Source: Patescibacteria group bacterium (GTDB lineage Bacteria; Patescibacteriota; Patescibacteriia; Veblenbacterales; UBA10138). From it: a DNA stretch of 64,000 bases. The notes beneath the pieces were generated by a model that was not told the origin of the DNA, ran no database searches, and saw nothing but the letters and a program-made list of their open reading frames with translations. The stretch lies in NCBI GenBank assembly GCA_018817715.1, contig JAHITT010000006.1, forward strand, positions 139,147 through 203,146, written 5' to 3'. The position numbers and the translations under genes are program-made. Positions 39,256 through 49,253 of the stretch are shown piece by piece; the first letter of the stretch is position 1; every line of letters starts with the position of its first letter.

Positions 39256-39633
39256 CTACCCCACTCCCGGACCTGAATAACGAGGTTGAATAAAAGAACC
39301 TATTTCAGCCTTTTTTATTCTTTGGATAATAGCCAAAAAAACTTTGTCTTGGCCTGACCAAGTTATTACTGGCACAGTCCAAGCCCAAGCCAAAGCATTA
39401 AGTAAAACACAAGATTGACGAACTTGAGAAAAAGTACCTCCCTCATTTACACCAGCTAAACCTATTATTTTATTAGTCGCTTGCTGGTCAGATAAAAAAT
39501 CAACCAATTTATTTAAAAAAACTTCACGACAACTACCCTCTTTTATTAAACGACGACTAATTAACTTACCCTGACCATCCACCAGAAGCAACAATAAATC
39601 CCTGGTTGTAACAGCGTCCACTAATAAATACAT
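39256..39633 (-). CDS. Short TsaB-like protein
   Basis: G.TFSQVR....NALAWAWTVPV and C-terminal PRYS resemble TsaB GSFTGLR...ALA...IP. Confidence 0.55.
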   Translation of the reverse strand: MYLLVDAVTTRDLLLLLVDGQGKLISRRLIKEGSCREVFLNKLVDFLSDQQATNKIIGLAGVNEGGTFSQVRQSCVLLNALAWAWTVPVITWSGQDKVFLAIIQRIKKAEIGSFIQPRYSGPGVG

Positions 39634-39639
39634 AATTAA

Positions 39640-40542
39640 TTATATGGATTTAATCCTAAAATAGGGCCAAACTGTCAAACGACCAATGGCTGCTAACAAA
39701 ATAAAACCACCAACCAATTGCCCAGCTAACAAAGGTTGATTTAAAAAATACCAATTTAAAACCACAGCAATAACCGGCCACAGTAATTCTAAAACAGCCG
39801 CCAAAGAAGCTGGTGTTTTGCGCAAGCCAAAATAATATAAAAACATTGCACCCAAACCAGGACCTAACAAAATAAGTCCTAATTTAATAAGATCGCTTGA
39901 TTGGGGCAAAGAAAAACCTAACCACCCTTGTTGCCAAAATAATAAAATAGCCAAAGCTGGCAAAGCTATTAAAAAACGTAAGGCTGTTACTAATCGATAA
40001 TCAAGATTATTAACCAAATAACGACCAACCACTGTAGCGCACCCCCAACTCACAGCCGCCGTAACTGCCAATAAAGCCCCTAACCAAGCCAGCTTAGACC
40101 CTATTGGCCAAACCGGCCAAGCAAAAGAGAAGGCTGCCAAATAACCACCAACCAAAGCTAAAATCGCCCAATACCAAAAATGCTTGGGTAATTTTTCTTT
40201 AAGCCAAATAGCCGCTAGTAAAAAAGTTACTAACGGTTGAAGCTTTATTAATAAAATACTGGACGAAGGATTTAAATATTTAAAAGAAGCGGTAAAAGCC
40301 AAGGTAGCCAAGGCCGAAGCTACTAAACCGATAAAAATAATAGCCAACCACTCCCGAGCCTTAATTTCCTTCAGTTTAGACCAATTATAAAAAATAATTG
40401 GTCCAACTATAAAAATAGCTATCCCGTGCTCCCAAAAAACAATAGCAGCCGAAGTTAAATTTTGAGTTAACGGCAAACGCAAAAGACTATCCGTCGCCCA
40501 AAGTAAAGCGGCACCAATTATAAAAAGAGACTGCCCATTCAT
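39640..40542 (-). CDS. EamA/DMT family transporter
   Basis: Two EamA repeats, LQP...AIWLKEK, ELLWP. Confidence 0.88.
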   Translation of the reverse strand: MNGQSLFIIGAALLWATDSLLRLPLTQNLTSAAIVFWEHGIAIFIVGPIIFYNWSKLKEIKAREWLAIIFIGLVASALATLAFTASFKYLNPSSSILLIKLQPLVTFLLAAIWLKEKLPKHFWYWAILALVGGYLAAFSFAWPVWPIGSKLAWLGALLAVTAAVSWGCATVVGRYLVNNLDYRLVTALRFLIALPALAILLFWQQGWLGFSLPQSSDLIKLGLILLGPGLGAMFLYYFGLRKTPASLAAVLELLWPVIAVVLNWYFLNQPLLAGQLVGGFILLAAIGRLTVWPYFRIKSI

Positions 40543-40552
40543 AAATAACCCG

Positions 40553-41119
40553 CTAATCTTCCTGGTTGATATCGTCTACCACTACAACCTTATTACTATT
40601 TAAAATTGTTACCAAAAACTTATCACCTAAACTACGTCTTTCATTATATTCACGAGTAGATAAAACAGTATAATTAATTTCTCGGTTAACTTCTTTTTGA
40701 AAACGTTGAATTATTCGGTTAAGCAAAGTTTTATCCACTCGACCAACTATAATTATATCGGTTGGCATATTTTTCGCACCAGTAAAATGTCCGGTCAAAG
40801 CCAAAAAACGTAACTTACCCGATTCTTTAAGTCGCTTAATTAAATCTTGTTCAATTAAAAGCTGAGACTTAGTTAATAAAGCTTTTAACTCTGCATTCAA
40901 AACAAAAGACGGACTTAACTGATAAAACTTTTTATCGTTTTTTTGCTGGTGAGTAATCATGCCTAAATTAGTCAAATTGGCTAATTCACGACGAACAGAA
41001 TTAAGCTGCTCGTCTATTTTACGAGTTAACTCACGCACGTAAAAAGAACTGTCCTGATTTTCCAAAAAAAACTTCAATAATTTCACTCTTGTCCGCGAAC
41101 CAAATAATTGTTCAAGCAT
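40553..41119 (-). CDS. Winged-helix regulator fused to a nucleotidyltransferase-like domain
   Basis: LFGSRTRVKLL...FYVRELTR...NSVRRELANL; C-terminal TG.F...DIIIVG...REINY. Confidence 0.75.
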   Translation of the reverse strand: MLEQLFGSRTRVKLLKFFLENQDSSFYVRELTRKIDEQLNSVRRELANLTNLGMITHQQKNDKKFYQLSPSFVLNAELKALLTKSQLLIEQDLIKRLKESGKLRFLALTGHFTGAKNMPTDIIIVGRVDKTLLNRIIQRFQKEVNREINYTVLSTREYNERRSLGDKFLVTILNSNKVVVVDDINQED

Positions 41120-41238
41120 GATTATATTATGACTTTTAATAAACTAACAAATGTCCTAAGCTATTAGTAGAATGGTCTACCCTAAACTTAAGAGAACAGC
41201 TATAGTATACTCAAAGTATAATTATAGGTAAAGTCCTT

Positions 41239-43392
41239 ATGTCTAACAACGCCATTGGCCCGACGGCCAAAGTAGCTACTTTAAATATACCGACCAAAGA
41301 CACAAAAATTACCACTTCCGTCTGGCCAGCCACTAACGGTACTCTTTTGGTACTCTTTGAATTAAATATTTCACCAGCCTTAGCTCAAGATTTTGTAGCT
41401 ACCTTAACACAAACAATTGAAAAACATTGGCCTCAACTATCATTACAAAATCTGCCGGCCGATAATCTTTTGGAACAATTATTAGCTCATTTAAATTTTG
41501 TTTTGGAAGCAAAAAAAAGATTAATGGGTAACCCCTTAGCACCACGCTATCACTTAGCCGTGGCTTTATTACAAGAAAATAACTTAGCTTTATCTATTGT
41601 CGGTCGAGTAAATGCCCTTCTAATAACATCCGATAAAATAAATAACCTAATCAATCAAAGTGGGCCAACCGGTAAACCAATAAGTAAACCAACCTTTGAA
41701 CAAATTACCAGTGGCCGACTGGAAGCTGGTGAAAGTTTTATTTTAGCCAGCACTTGCCTGCTTGATTATTTTTCTATAACTAAATTACAAAAAACACTTA
41801 ATTCACAAAATCCGGGAGCCGCCTTACGAGACATAGAAAAATACATAAACCAACTACCCCATAGCACACCTTTGGGTATAATCGCTTTACGTTTTGGTTC
41901 AGTTTTTCTACCTAGCGGTACTGCTCCATCTTTAGATAAATTAATTAGCACCGAATCAGCCACCTCTCAACTGCTTAAACCAAAATTATGGCAATATTTA
42001 AAAAATAAGTTACTAAAAAACCAAACTAAACCGATTGCGTCCATAGCTCCAGTCAAACCAATGAAAGATAATTTAGTTTCCCCAGAAATCATTAATCAAC
42101 CCGTTGCTACTCCAACCCCAGTATTCCCTCCTAAAATTAAACCAAACCAAGGAAATATATTAGCCAAAATAAAAACCTTTAATAAAAATTTACAAAAAAC
42201 ATTAGCTAAACTAATTTGGCTAACCAGCCGGGAAACAGCCAAAAATACTTTAGCTAATTATTTAGGCCATAAGATAAAAGAATGGCGTCGACTATCTTTA
42301 ACAAAAAAAATAACCTTTATCTTGGCCGTTCTTTTACTAACAGCTTTTTCTACCAGTATTATTTCTTTAGGTCGTGACCGGCTTAACCTAAAAGACAGCG
42401 AACTTTACAATGAATTAGTTACTAATTTAACCGAACAACAAGCTGGTTTAGAAGCAGCCTTAATCTATCACGATGATGATAAAGCACAAAATTATCTAAA
42501 CGAAGCAGAAAACCTCCTTAAACAATTACCGCGCAACTCCTCTTCTAGGCAAGCTCAATATAAAGTTTTACAAGAACATTTAACAACTCTAAAAAATCGA
42601 CTGCAAAGAAAAGCAGACTTGGTCAACTTAAAAAAATTCAGTACGCTTCCTCAAGAACAAAATTGGCTTGGCTTAAATTTTAAACAAAATTCTCTTTTAA
42701 GCTATAGCGTTCAAGGCCAACTTTACCAAACGGACAACCAAGGTAAAACTAAAAAATTATTCGACTTGCCAACCGAACTGATAGAATTAAAAAATGCTTT
42801 TATCACCGACAATGACGGCCCTTTACTTTTTCAAGGCACTAATAACAAATTAGCCTTGTTTAATAATTTACAAAGCCAAGTTAGTTTAATATCAAACCCA
42901 CCCGCTCTCCTAGCCGCTACTTGGTATGATGGAAAACTTTATTACTTGGATGCCGAATTAAAAACCATTTTTCGTAGTCGCCCTCAAGGTAATAACTTAA
43001 ATACTGCTCGTTGGCTTAAAGCCTCACAAGGTGAAATAACAGACGGTTTGGCTATTGGTGTGGATGGTTCTATTTATATTATTACAGCCAATGATCTTAA
43101 AAAATATACCTCCGGGTTATTAAACGACTTTTCCTTGCAACAAATTGATCCACCCCTGCAAAAATTGTCGCAACTTTGGACACAAATAAATAACGATTAT
43201 ATTTTTTTACTGAGTCGTCAGGACAAACGCCTAATAATACTAAATAAACAAGGCCAGTTAATAATACAACTTTACTTCCCGGAAATTAATAACTTACAGG
43301 ATTTTACACTGGATACCAAAAGCCAAATTATTTACCTGCTTGATTCCATAGGGTCTATTTATAAAATAGAACTGGCTGGCTACTTAAGTTAA
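41239..43392 (+). CDS. Large hypothetical membrane protein (degenerate PP2C-like N-domain, TM, probable C-terminal beta-propeller)
   Basis: SG.LEAGESFILAS; TM near aa 358-377; repeats such as GKLYYLD, DGSIYI, YIFLL, IIYLLD. Confidence 0.7.
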   Translation: MSNNAIGPTAKVATLNIPTKDTKITTSVWPATNGTLLVLFELNISPALAQDFVATLTQTIEKHWPQLSLQNLPADNLLEQLLAHLNFVLEAKKRLMGNPLAPRYHLAVALLQENNLALSIVGRVNALLITSDKINNLINQSGPTGKPISKPTFEQITSGRLEAGESFILASTCLLDYFSITKLQKTLNSQNPGAALRDIEKYINQLPHSTPLGIIALRFGSVFLPSGTAPSLDKLISTESATSQLLKPKLWQYLKNKLLKNQTKPIASIAPVKPMKDNLVSPEIINQPVATPTPVFPPKIKPNQGNILAKIKTFNKNLQKTLAKLIWLTSRETAKNTLANYLGHKIKEWRRLSLTKKITFILAVLLLTAFSTSIISLGRDRLNLKDSELYNELVTNLTEQQAGLEAALIYHDDDKAQNYLNEAENLLKQLPRNSSSRQAQYKVLQEHLTTLKNRLQRKADLVNLKKFSTLPQEQNWLGLNFKQNSLLSYSVQGQLYQTDNQGKTKKLFDLPTELIELKNAFITDNDGPLLFQGTNNKLALFNNLQSQVSLISNPPALLAATWYDGKLYYLDAELKTIFRSRPQGNNLNTARWLKASQGEITDGLAIGVDGSIYIITANDLKKYTSGLLNDFSLQQIDPPLQKLSQLWTQINNDYIFLLSRQDKRLIILNKQGQLIIQLYFPEINNLQDFTLDTKSQIIYLLDSIGSIYKIELAGYLS

Positions 43393-43419
43393 CAATAAAA
43401 AATAAATAATTAACTACAC

Positions 43420-43455
43420 AAAAACACCTTGTGTTATATAACACAAGGTGTTTTT
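43420..43455. terminator. Bidirectional terminator (36-bp perfect palindrome)
   Basis: AAAAACACCTTGTGTTAT|ATAACACAAGGTGTTTTT between convergent genes. Confidence 0.8.
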
Positions 43456-43473
43456 TAAACCGGCTTGAATTAT

Positions 43474-43878
43474 TTATTTCAAAGTCACTTTGGCACCAGC
43501 CTCTTCCAATTTTTTCTTCATAGTCTCAGCCTCTTCTTTAGGAGCGCCTTCTTTAACTACTTTAGGAGCGCCATCTACCATATCCTTGGCTTCTTTAAGG
43601 CCCAAAGCGGTTATTTCACGCAAAGCCTTAATGACGCTAATTTTATTAGCACCAGCTTCGGTTAACTCCACATTGAAAGAATCCTTCTCTTCAGCGGCAG
43701 CTGGAGCGCCGGCGGCAGCTGGAGCTACGGCCATAACTGGAGCGGCGGCGGAAACGCCGAATTTTTCTTCAAGCACTTTTACCAACTCAGCCAAATCTAG
43801 TACCGAAAGTTTTTCTATTTCGGCCACTAATTTCTCAAACTTAGCTGGCACTACAACTTCTTTTTTATCTTCTGACAT
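43474..43878 (-). CDS. rplL: 50S ribosomal protein L7/L12
   Basis: [34 protein letters not shown]. Confidence 0.98.
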   Translation of the reverse strand: MSEDKKEVVVPAKFEKLVAEIEKLSVLDLAELVKVLEEKFGVSAAAPVMAVAPAAAGAPAAAEEKDSFNVELTEAGANKISVIKALREITALGLKEAKDMVDGAPKVVKEGAPKEEAETMKKKLEEAGAKVTLK

Positions 43879-43924
43879 AATTTCTTCAGATTAAGAATAA
43901 TTAAATTAAAAATAATAAATAAAT

Positions 43925-44446
43925 TTATTTGCTAGACATTGCTTTAAATACCTGCACCAATCCTCGCAAATTGCCTTGCAAAACATTAACAAAACCACTT
44001 AACGGTGCAGCTATGGTACCAACCACCTGACCAAGCAATTCTTGCTTACTAGGCAATTTAGCTAATTCATTAACTTTATCCGCGTTGACAAAAACCTTTT
44101 CCAAAATACCTCCCAAAATTTTAAACTTATCATGACTTTTACCATAATCAGCTAATAACTTGGCAGCCTCTACTTCATCTACCTGACTAACAGCCAAACT
44201 AACACTGCCATTAGGTAAACTAACTTCCGAAGCCTCTTTTAAACCAGCTGATACTAAGGACCTTTTTAAAACAGTCCTTTTAACAACCTCATAACTAATT
44301 CCTTTATCGCGTAAAATTTTACGCAATTCTTGCAAATCCTTAACACCCAAACCGGTAAAATCAGCCATAACAATACCCTTGGCTGTTGTTAAAGATTGGC
44401 TTAAAGAATTAGCCGTGGCTACTTTACTAGAACGTGATTTTGCCAT
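43925..44446 (-). CDS. rplJ: 50S ribosomal protein L10
   Basis: DFTGL.V..L.ELR, VVKRT, LAKLPSKQEL; upstream of rplL. Confidence 0.95.
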   Translation of the reverse strand: MAKSRSSKVATANSLSQSLTTAKGIVMADFTGLGVKDLQELRKILRDKGISYEVVKRTVLKRSLVSAGLKEASEVSLPNGSVSLAVSQVDEVEAAKLLADYGKSHDKFKILGGILEKVFVNADKVNELAKLPSKQELLGQVVGTIAAPLSGFVNVLQGNLRGLVQVFKAMSSK

Positions 44447-44532
44447 AATTTTATAAAAATAAAAAATCTGAGGATACTTTCCACAGACTTATAAAAGCTT
44501 TTAGCTATATTATCTAATAGCTAGTGGCTAAT

Positions 44533-44595
44533 AGGCCTCGGCAGGCCCTTGAGGCTTAACCCCGCGTAGGCGGGGACCTGCTGTCTGTGGCTATT
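44533..44595 (-). promoter_or_regulatory. L10 ribosomal leader RNA
   Basis: (-) CCACAGACAGCAGG...TTAA...CCTGCCGAGG, the conserved L10-leader core, in the rplJ 5' region. Confidence 0.8.
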
Positions 44596-44685
44596 TATTT
44601 ACGAAATTAATTATATAGCAACAATTTAGCTATGTCAAGGTTTTAAATAAAATCGGCACCGCTATTACTAGCAGTGCCTTAAAAG

Positions 44686-45660
44686 TTACTTAACAACCAC
44701 ATTAATTCGATGGTTACCTTTCACCACCAAATTACCAGTAAAAGATGGATTAGTTTCCATAAATATCAATGGGTCAACTTTTACTAATTTGGCTAAATCA
44801 TCAATTTTAATATTTTTTTCCAACTTAATACTAACTTTGGCTATTCTTTTAAAAAGAGAATCATACTTTTGTACATCGATCAAACCAGGTAAAAATCTAT
44901 CCGGCTGGCTAAAAATTAATTTAACAGCCATAATCAGAAAAAAATATCGCCGAGTTTCGTTTGGCAGCCGTAGAACAAAATAATTATCAGTTTTTTGTTC
45001 TAACATCTGTTTTTGCACCCTAGCTGAACCGGCGTTGTAACAAGCCAGAGTTATGGGCCAACTTTTATTAGCTTGATATAAATCAGCCAAATGTTTAACC
45101 GCTGCCTTGGTAGCCGCTATAGGATCGCGCCGCATATCCAAGCCTTGCTTAACCGGCAAATTATATTTTCGGCCAGTTGATTCTATAAATTGCCATAAAC
45201 CAACCGCTTTAGCCACCGAAATTATAGACGGATCCAAACCACTTTCCAACAAGGCCAGGTACTTTAAATCCTGAGATAAACCGGCAACAGTTAATTCATT
45301 TTCAAATAAATCAAAATACCGACCCGACCTTAACCAGGACAAAAGCAAAAACTGTTGGCGTTGCAAAAGAAAAGTTATTTCTGTTTGTAACCTTTCCCTG
45401 ATAAATTCATTTTGCATAGTAAATAGGCTGTCGCAAAATAAAATTTTTTCCTCGGGATTAATAACAAAATTTATCAACTGCCCCCGACTTAAACTGTCAG
45501 CTAAACTTTTTGCGCCATCCAGCTGACTGATCAAAATACTGTTCTGTTTATCAAGCTGCCTGATAATCAAGTCTTTTTCCGTATTTTTAACCAGACTATA
45601 ACCCAACCAAGCTGATAATACGACAAAAAATACGATGATAAACCTATTATCGTTTTTCAT
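44686..45660 (-). CDS. Lytic transglycosylase (SLT/MltD-like)
   Basis: YLALLESG, A.GLWQF...TG..Y.L, D.RRDP, YNAG, LPNET.RY; N-terminal TM. Confidence 0.88.
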   Translation of the reverse strand: MKNDNRFIIVFFVVLSAWLGYSLVKNTEKDLIIRQLDKQNSILISQLDGAKSLADSLSRGQLINFVINPEEKILFCDSLFTMQNEFIRERLQTEITFLLQRQQFLLLSWLRSGRYFDLFENELTVAGLSQDLKYLALLESGLDPSIISVAKAVGLWQFIESTGRKYNLPVKQGLDMRRDPIAATKAAVKHLADLYQANKSWPITLACYNAGSARVQKQMLEQKTDNYFVLRLPNETRRYFFLIMAVKLIFSQPDRFLPGLIDVQKYDSLFKRIAKVSIKLEKNIKIDDLAKLVKVDPLIFMETNPSFTGNLVVKGNHRINVVVK

Positions 45661-45867
45661 TTGTTCACCTTTATTTTTAATTTACTTTTTTATTATCTTT
45701 TTAGCTTTCCTACTACCTTAATACTGATAAACCAACTCTGTCAACTAAATTATCGCCTCCCCTTACGACTGACTAAATACTATTCCTTAGCATATTTATA
45801 AAAACTTTAAAATAACTCTTCACCATCTTGGAAAAGTTTTTTTAAAGTCTTAATAGACTAATTTAAA

Positions 45868-46911
45868 TTATCTTAAATATTTTTGCTTGGCTGCTTTATG
45901 CTCGTCAAAATTTCTAGAATAAATAACCTGCCCCTGCGGAGTAGTTAAAAAATACCAATAATCGTTAGCTTTAGGGAAAAGACTGGCCCGCAAAGACACT
46001 AAACCGGGGTTACTAATTGGTCCTGGCGGCAAACCACGATATTTATAAGTATTATAAGGAGAATCAATCTTTAAATCCTGCAAAGAAACTGCTGGCGAAC
46101 TTTTACCAGTGGCATAGTTAACAGTTGAATCAGCCTGCAAACCCTGACCAACGGCTAAGCGGCGCCAAAAAATATCCGCCACCATAGCTCGATCAATATC
46201 CGTTTGAACTTCTCTTTCCACAATACTGGCCAAAGTAACCAAACTATGAAGGGAAATTTGTCGCTGGTCTAATTCTTTAAGCCAATCCTCATTTATTTGT
46301 TTTTGAAAATGACTTAACATTTTTTCCAAAATATCCTCTAGCTTACCCGAACGATAAACACGGTAAGTATCGGGAAACAAATAACCTTCCAAGTTGCCAT
46401 TTTTTACAGCCCCAGCAAATAAAGCCGGCTTTAAGTCAGGATATTTAACCAAAAAATCCGCCGGTTTATTAGTCAAAGCTTTAAAATCCTTAGCCGTTGT
46501 TAAATCATTACTAGCTAAGTAATCAGCCATCTGATTAATTGTCCAACCTTCAATAAAGGTTAAAGATAATTCATTCGCCGGCCTAACCCCACCAGTTAAA
46601 AGCTTGGTGATATTAACTACATTGGCATCGCTAGGTAATAAATAATCGCCAGCCACGAATTTTTTTTCGGCTCTTTTAAGCCATACCCAAGTTTCAAACC
46701 ACCAACGATTACGAATAAGATTGTTCTGCCAAAGATTATAACCAATTTGTTTAACACCTTCACCAGCCACCACGGAAACAGGTGTTAAAGAACCCGCGGA
46801 TCCAACCGGCACATAAAATTGCCAAAACACATAACCGCTTAATAAAACTACTATAAATAAACCAATGGCTGATAGTTTAAAAAAATTACGCTTTGGTTTG
46901 TTAAAAAACAT
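45868..46911 (-). CDS. mltG: Endolytic transglycosylase MltG
   Basis: EGW, LEGYLFPDTY, LASIVERE, LQADSTV.Y, SPYNTY...GLPPGPISNPG. Confidence 0.95.
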   Translation of the reverse strand: MFFNKPKRNFFKLSAIGLFIVVLLSGYVFWQFYVPVGSAGSLTPVSVVAGEGVKQIGYNLWQNNLIRNRWWFETWVWLKRAEKKFVAGDYLLPSDANVVNITKLLTGGVRPANELSLTFIEGWTINQMADYLASNDLTTAKDFKALTNKPADFLVKYPDLKPALFAGAVKNGNLEGYLFPDTYRVYRSGKLEDILEKMLSHFQKQINEDWLKELDQRQISLHSLVTLASIVEREVQTDIDRAMVADIFWRRLAVGQGLQADSTVNYATGKSSPAVSLQDLKIDSPYNTYKYRGLPPGPISNPGLVSLRASLFPKANDYWYFLTTPQGQVIYSRNFDEHKAAKQKYLR

Positions 46912-46923
46912 ATTTGTTCAAAA

Positions 46924-47991
46924 CTATAAATATTTTATTAAATCGGCTGGCTTTAACATAGCCACCAAATTTTTAACAGCCTGGGCTTTATTAATCGGAC
47001 AAATCAAAAGAACTTCTTTGGTATCTATAACGGCCATATCTTTAATTCCAGCTGTAGCTATTAAACGATCACTTAAACTATAAATCAAATTATCGGTCGA
47101 TTGCCAACCCAAATACTTTCCTTTGACAGCATTAGTTTGAGTTTTTTTCTTAATGATATCAAAAACCGAACGCCAATTACCAACATCCACCCAGCCAAAA
47201 TCAGCCGGCAAAACCAGTAAATTATTAATTTTTTCCACTACGGCGTAATCAAAAGCAATTGATTTTAATTTAGCAAAAGAATTAGCCGAAACTGTATAAT
47301 AATCGGTTTTTTTTAAAATCGATTGAGTTTTTAAAAATTTAAAAATAGCCGACGCATAAATCGATAAGTTCTTTTCCAAGGTAACTGGTTTAAAAAAGAA
47401 AATTCCCGAATTCCACAAATAATCCCGACTAGCTAAATATTTTTCCGCCTGATCAAGTAACGGTTTTTCGGTAAATTTTTTTACTCGGCAAGCCGGCTTT
47501 AATCCTTTAATCGTTTGGCCGACTTTTATGTAACCATAACCAGTTTCAGCATAACTTGGTTTTAAACCAATTAATAAAATACTTTCCGGTGACTTCTCGA
47601 CAATCTTAGCCGCTTGGCGCAAAACTTTTAAGTAACCAGCTACCCGCTTAATATAATGATCGCTATTAATAGTACCCACTACCTCACCTGGATAAATTTC
47701 GTTTATTACTTTAGCTGCTAAAGAAATAGCTGGCGCGGTATTTTTAGATTGTGGCTCAACAATTAAATGATTGTTCTGTAATTCTGGCAATTGTTTTTTT
47801 ACAGCTGCCAAATTAACCAAGGTCGTAGAAACAAAAATATCTTCTATTTTAAAAGACTGGCGCAAGCGACGCCAAGTATGTTGCAATAAAGTAAAATCAT
47901 CAAAAAAGGGTTGGATTTGCTTGGGATTGTTCGATTTAGATAAAGGCCAAAGCCTAGTACCTGAACCGCCAGCTAAAATTAACAATTTCAT
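46924..47991 (-). CDS. manC: Mannose-1-phosphate guanylyltransferase (no cupin domain)
   Basis: ILAGGSGTRLWPLS...PKQ, NTAPA, SDH, ETGYGYI, FTEKP, WNSG, DYAVVEK, W.DVGNW. Confidence 0.88.
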   Translation of the reverse strand: MKLLILAGGSGTRLWPLSKSNNPKQIQPFFDDFTLLQHTWRRLRQSFKIEDIFVSTTLVNLAAVKKQLPELQNNHLIVEPQSKNTAPAISLAAKVINEIYPGEVVGTINSDHYIKRVAGYLKVLRQAAKIVEKSPESILLIGLKPSYAETGYGYIKVGQTIKGLKPACRVKKFTEKPLLDQAEKYLASRDYLWNSGIFFFKPVTLEKNLSIYASAIFKFLKTQSILKKTDYYTVSANSFAKLKSIAFDYAVVEKINNLLVLPADFGWVDVGNWRSVFDIIKKKTQTNAVKGKYLGWQSTDNLIYSLSDRLIATAGIKDMAVIDTKEVLLICPINKAQAVKNLVAMLKPADLIKYL

Positions 47992-48051
47992 AATAAAAGT
48001 TTAAATATTCTATCGTAATTCAACAAAAACGACAAATTACTTCCGCCCATC

Positions 48052-48675
48052 TTAAGCCGAAACCAAAGGTACAAAAATAAAACCGGGGTAAATTTTTTTT
48101 ATGATTTTATTTTTTTGCCTTTGCCAAACCAATAAACTGTGTTCATGGCGACCAACTGGCGCCACTAAACGCCCAGTATCGGATAATTGCTCCAATAATT
48201 CCTCTTTGAGCTCCTGAGCCGCGGCTGATAAAATTATCCTGTCATAAGGTGCTTCTTTTTTATAACCACCACTACCATCAGCCGCTAACAAATTAACATT
48301 GGCATAATTATAAAAAGATAAATTCTGCTTAGCCTGCTCAACTAAAGTAGAAATTATTTCCAAAGAAATAATTTTTCCTTGAGGTCCAACCAAGGTGGCC
48401 AATAAAGCCGTAACAAAACCAGAACCACTGCCGACTTCTAAAATTTTCATACCTTTTTTTACTGCCAACAAATCCAACATAAAAGCTACAACCGACGGCT
48501 GAGAAATCGTTTGCTCTTTGCCAAGTGGCAAGGGAGTATCTTCATAAGCTTGATTAATAAACTCCGGCGGTACAAATTTTGCCCTGTCTACTTTTAACCA
48601 AGCCTCTTTTAATTCAGTTGATTTCAATAATCCCCTGCCTAAAAGACCTTCTAGTAATTCTTTTTGGCTGGACAT
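48052..48675 (-). CDS. pcm: Protein-L-isoaspartate O-methyltransferase
   Basis: AYED.PL, QTISQP, LEVGSGSG, DGSGG...APYDRI, FVPL. Confidence 0.93.
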   Translation of the reverse strand: MSSQKELLEGLLGRGLLKSTELKEAWLKVDRAKFVPPEFINQAYEDTPLPLGKEQTISQPSVVAFMLDLLAVKKGMKILEVGSGSGFVTALLATLVGPQGKIISLEIISTLVEQAKQNLSFYNYANVNLLAADGSGGYKKEAPYDRIILSAAAQELKEELLEQLSDTGRLVAPVGRHEHSLLVWQRQKNKIIKKIYPGFIFVPLVSA

Positions 48676-48712
48676 AATAAAGGCTCCTACAATTTAAAGG
48701 GTAACACTTAAT

Positions 48713-49249
48713 TTATAGCTTGGCTATTTTTTTAAACCGCCAGTTTAATAACTTTTCTTTTATAATCCAAACTAAATAACCAAATAAAATTCCTAAAAAA
48801 GCGCTAACTACAACATCAGTAAAATAATGTACTCCCACCCCCAGCCTGGCTAAAGCCACTAAACCAGCTAGACTATAAGCCAACCATTTACTAGTCGGCT
48901 GATACTTAGCTACTAAATAAGCTAACAAAAAAGCTAAACCAGCATGCCCAGAAGGAAAAGAACTGCTTAAGGGAGACATATTAATCAAAGGGGTAAAACC
49001 AAGACTCACAAAGGGCCGGGGCCTAAACCACAAAAAATTAACCACTAATAAAAAAACATAAAATGATCCAGCGCCAACTAAACTTATAGCTAAATCAAAA
49101 ATAGTTCGCTGGTTTTTTCTAAAAATTAAAATAATATACCAAAATAACATTAACCAAATTAAAACCACGGCTAGAAAAATTATAAGCAAAGACCAAGCTG
49201 GTGAAGAGTTGGCTAAAGCATATAAAAAATTTACTATTTTTTCATCCAT
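48713..49249 (-). CDS. PAP2 family phosphatase (BcrC-like undecaprenyl-diphosphatase)
   Basis: RPRP, SFPSGH, AR..VGVHY.TDV. Confidence 0.88.
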   Translation of the reverse strand: MDEKIVNFLYALANSSPAWSLLIIFLAVVLIWLMLFWYIILIFRKNQRTIFDLAISLVGAGSFYVFLLVVNFLWFRPRPFVSLGFTPLINMSPLSSSFPSGHAGLAFLLAYLVAKYQPTSKWLAYSLAGLVALARLGVGVHYFTDVVVSAFLGILFGYLVWIIKEKLLNWRFKKIAKL

Positions 49250-49253
49250 ACAA

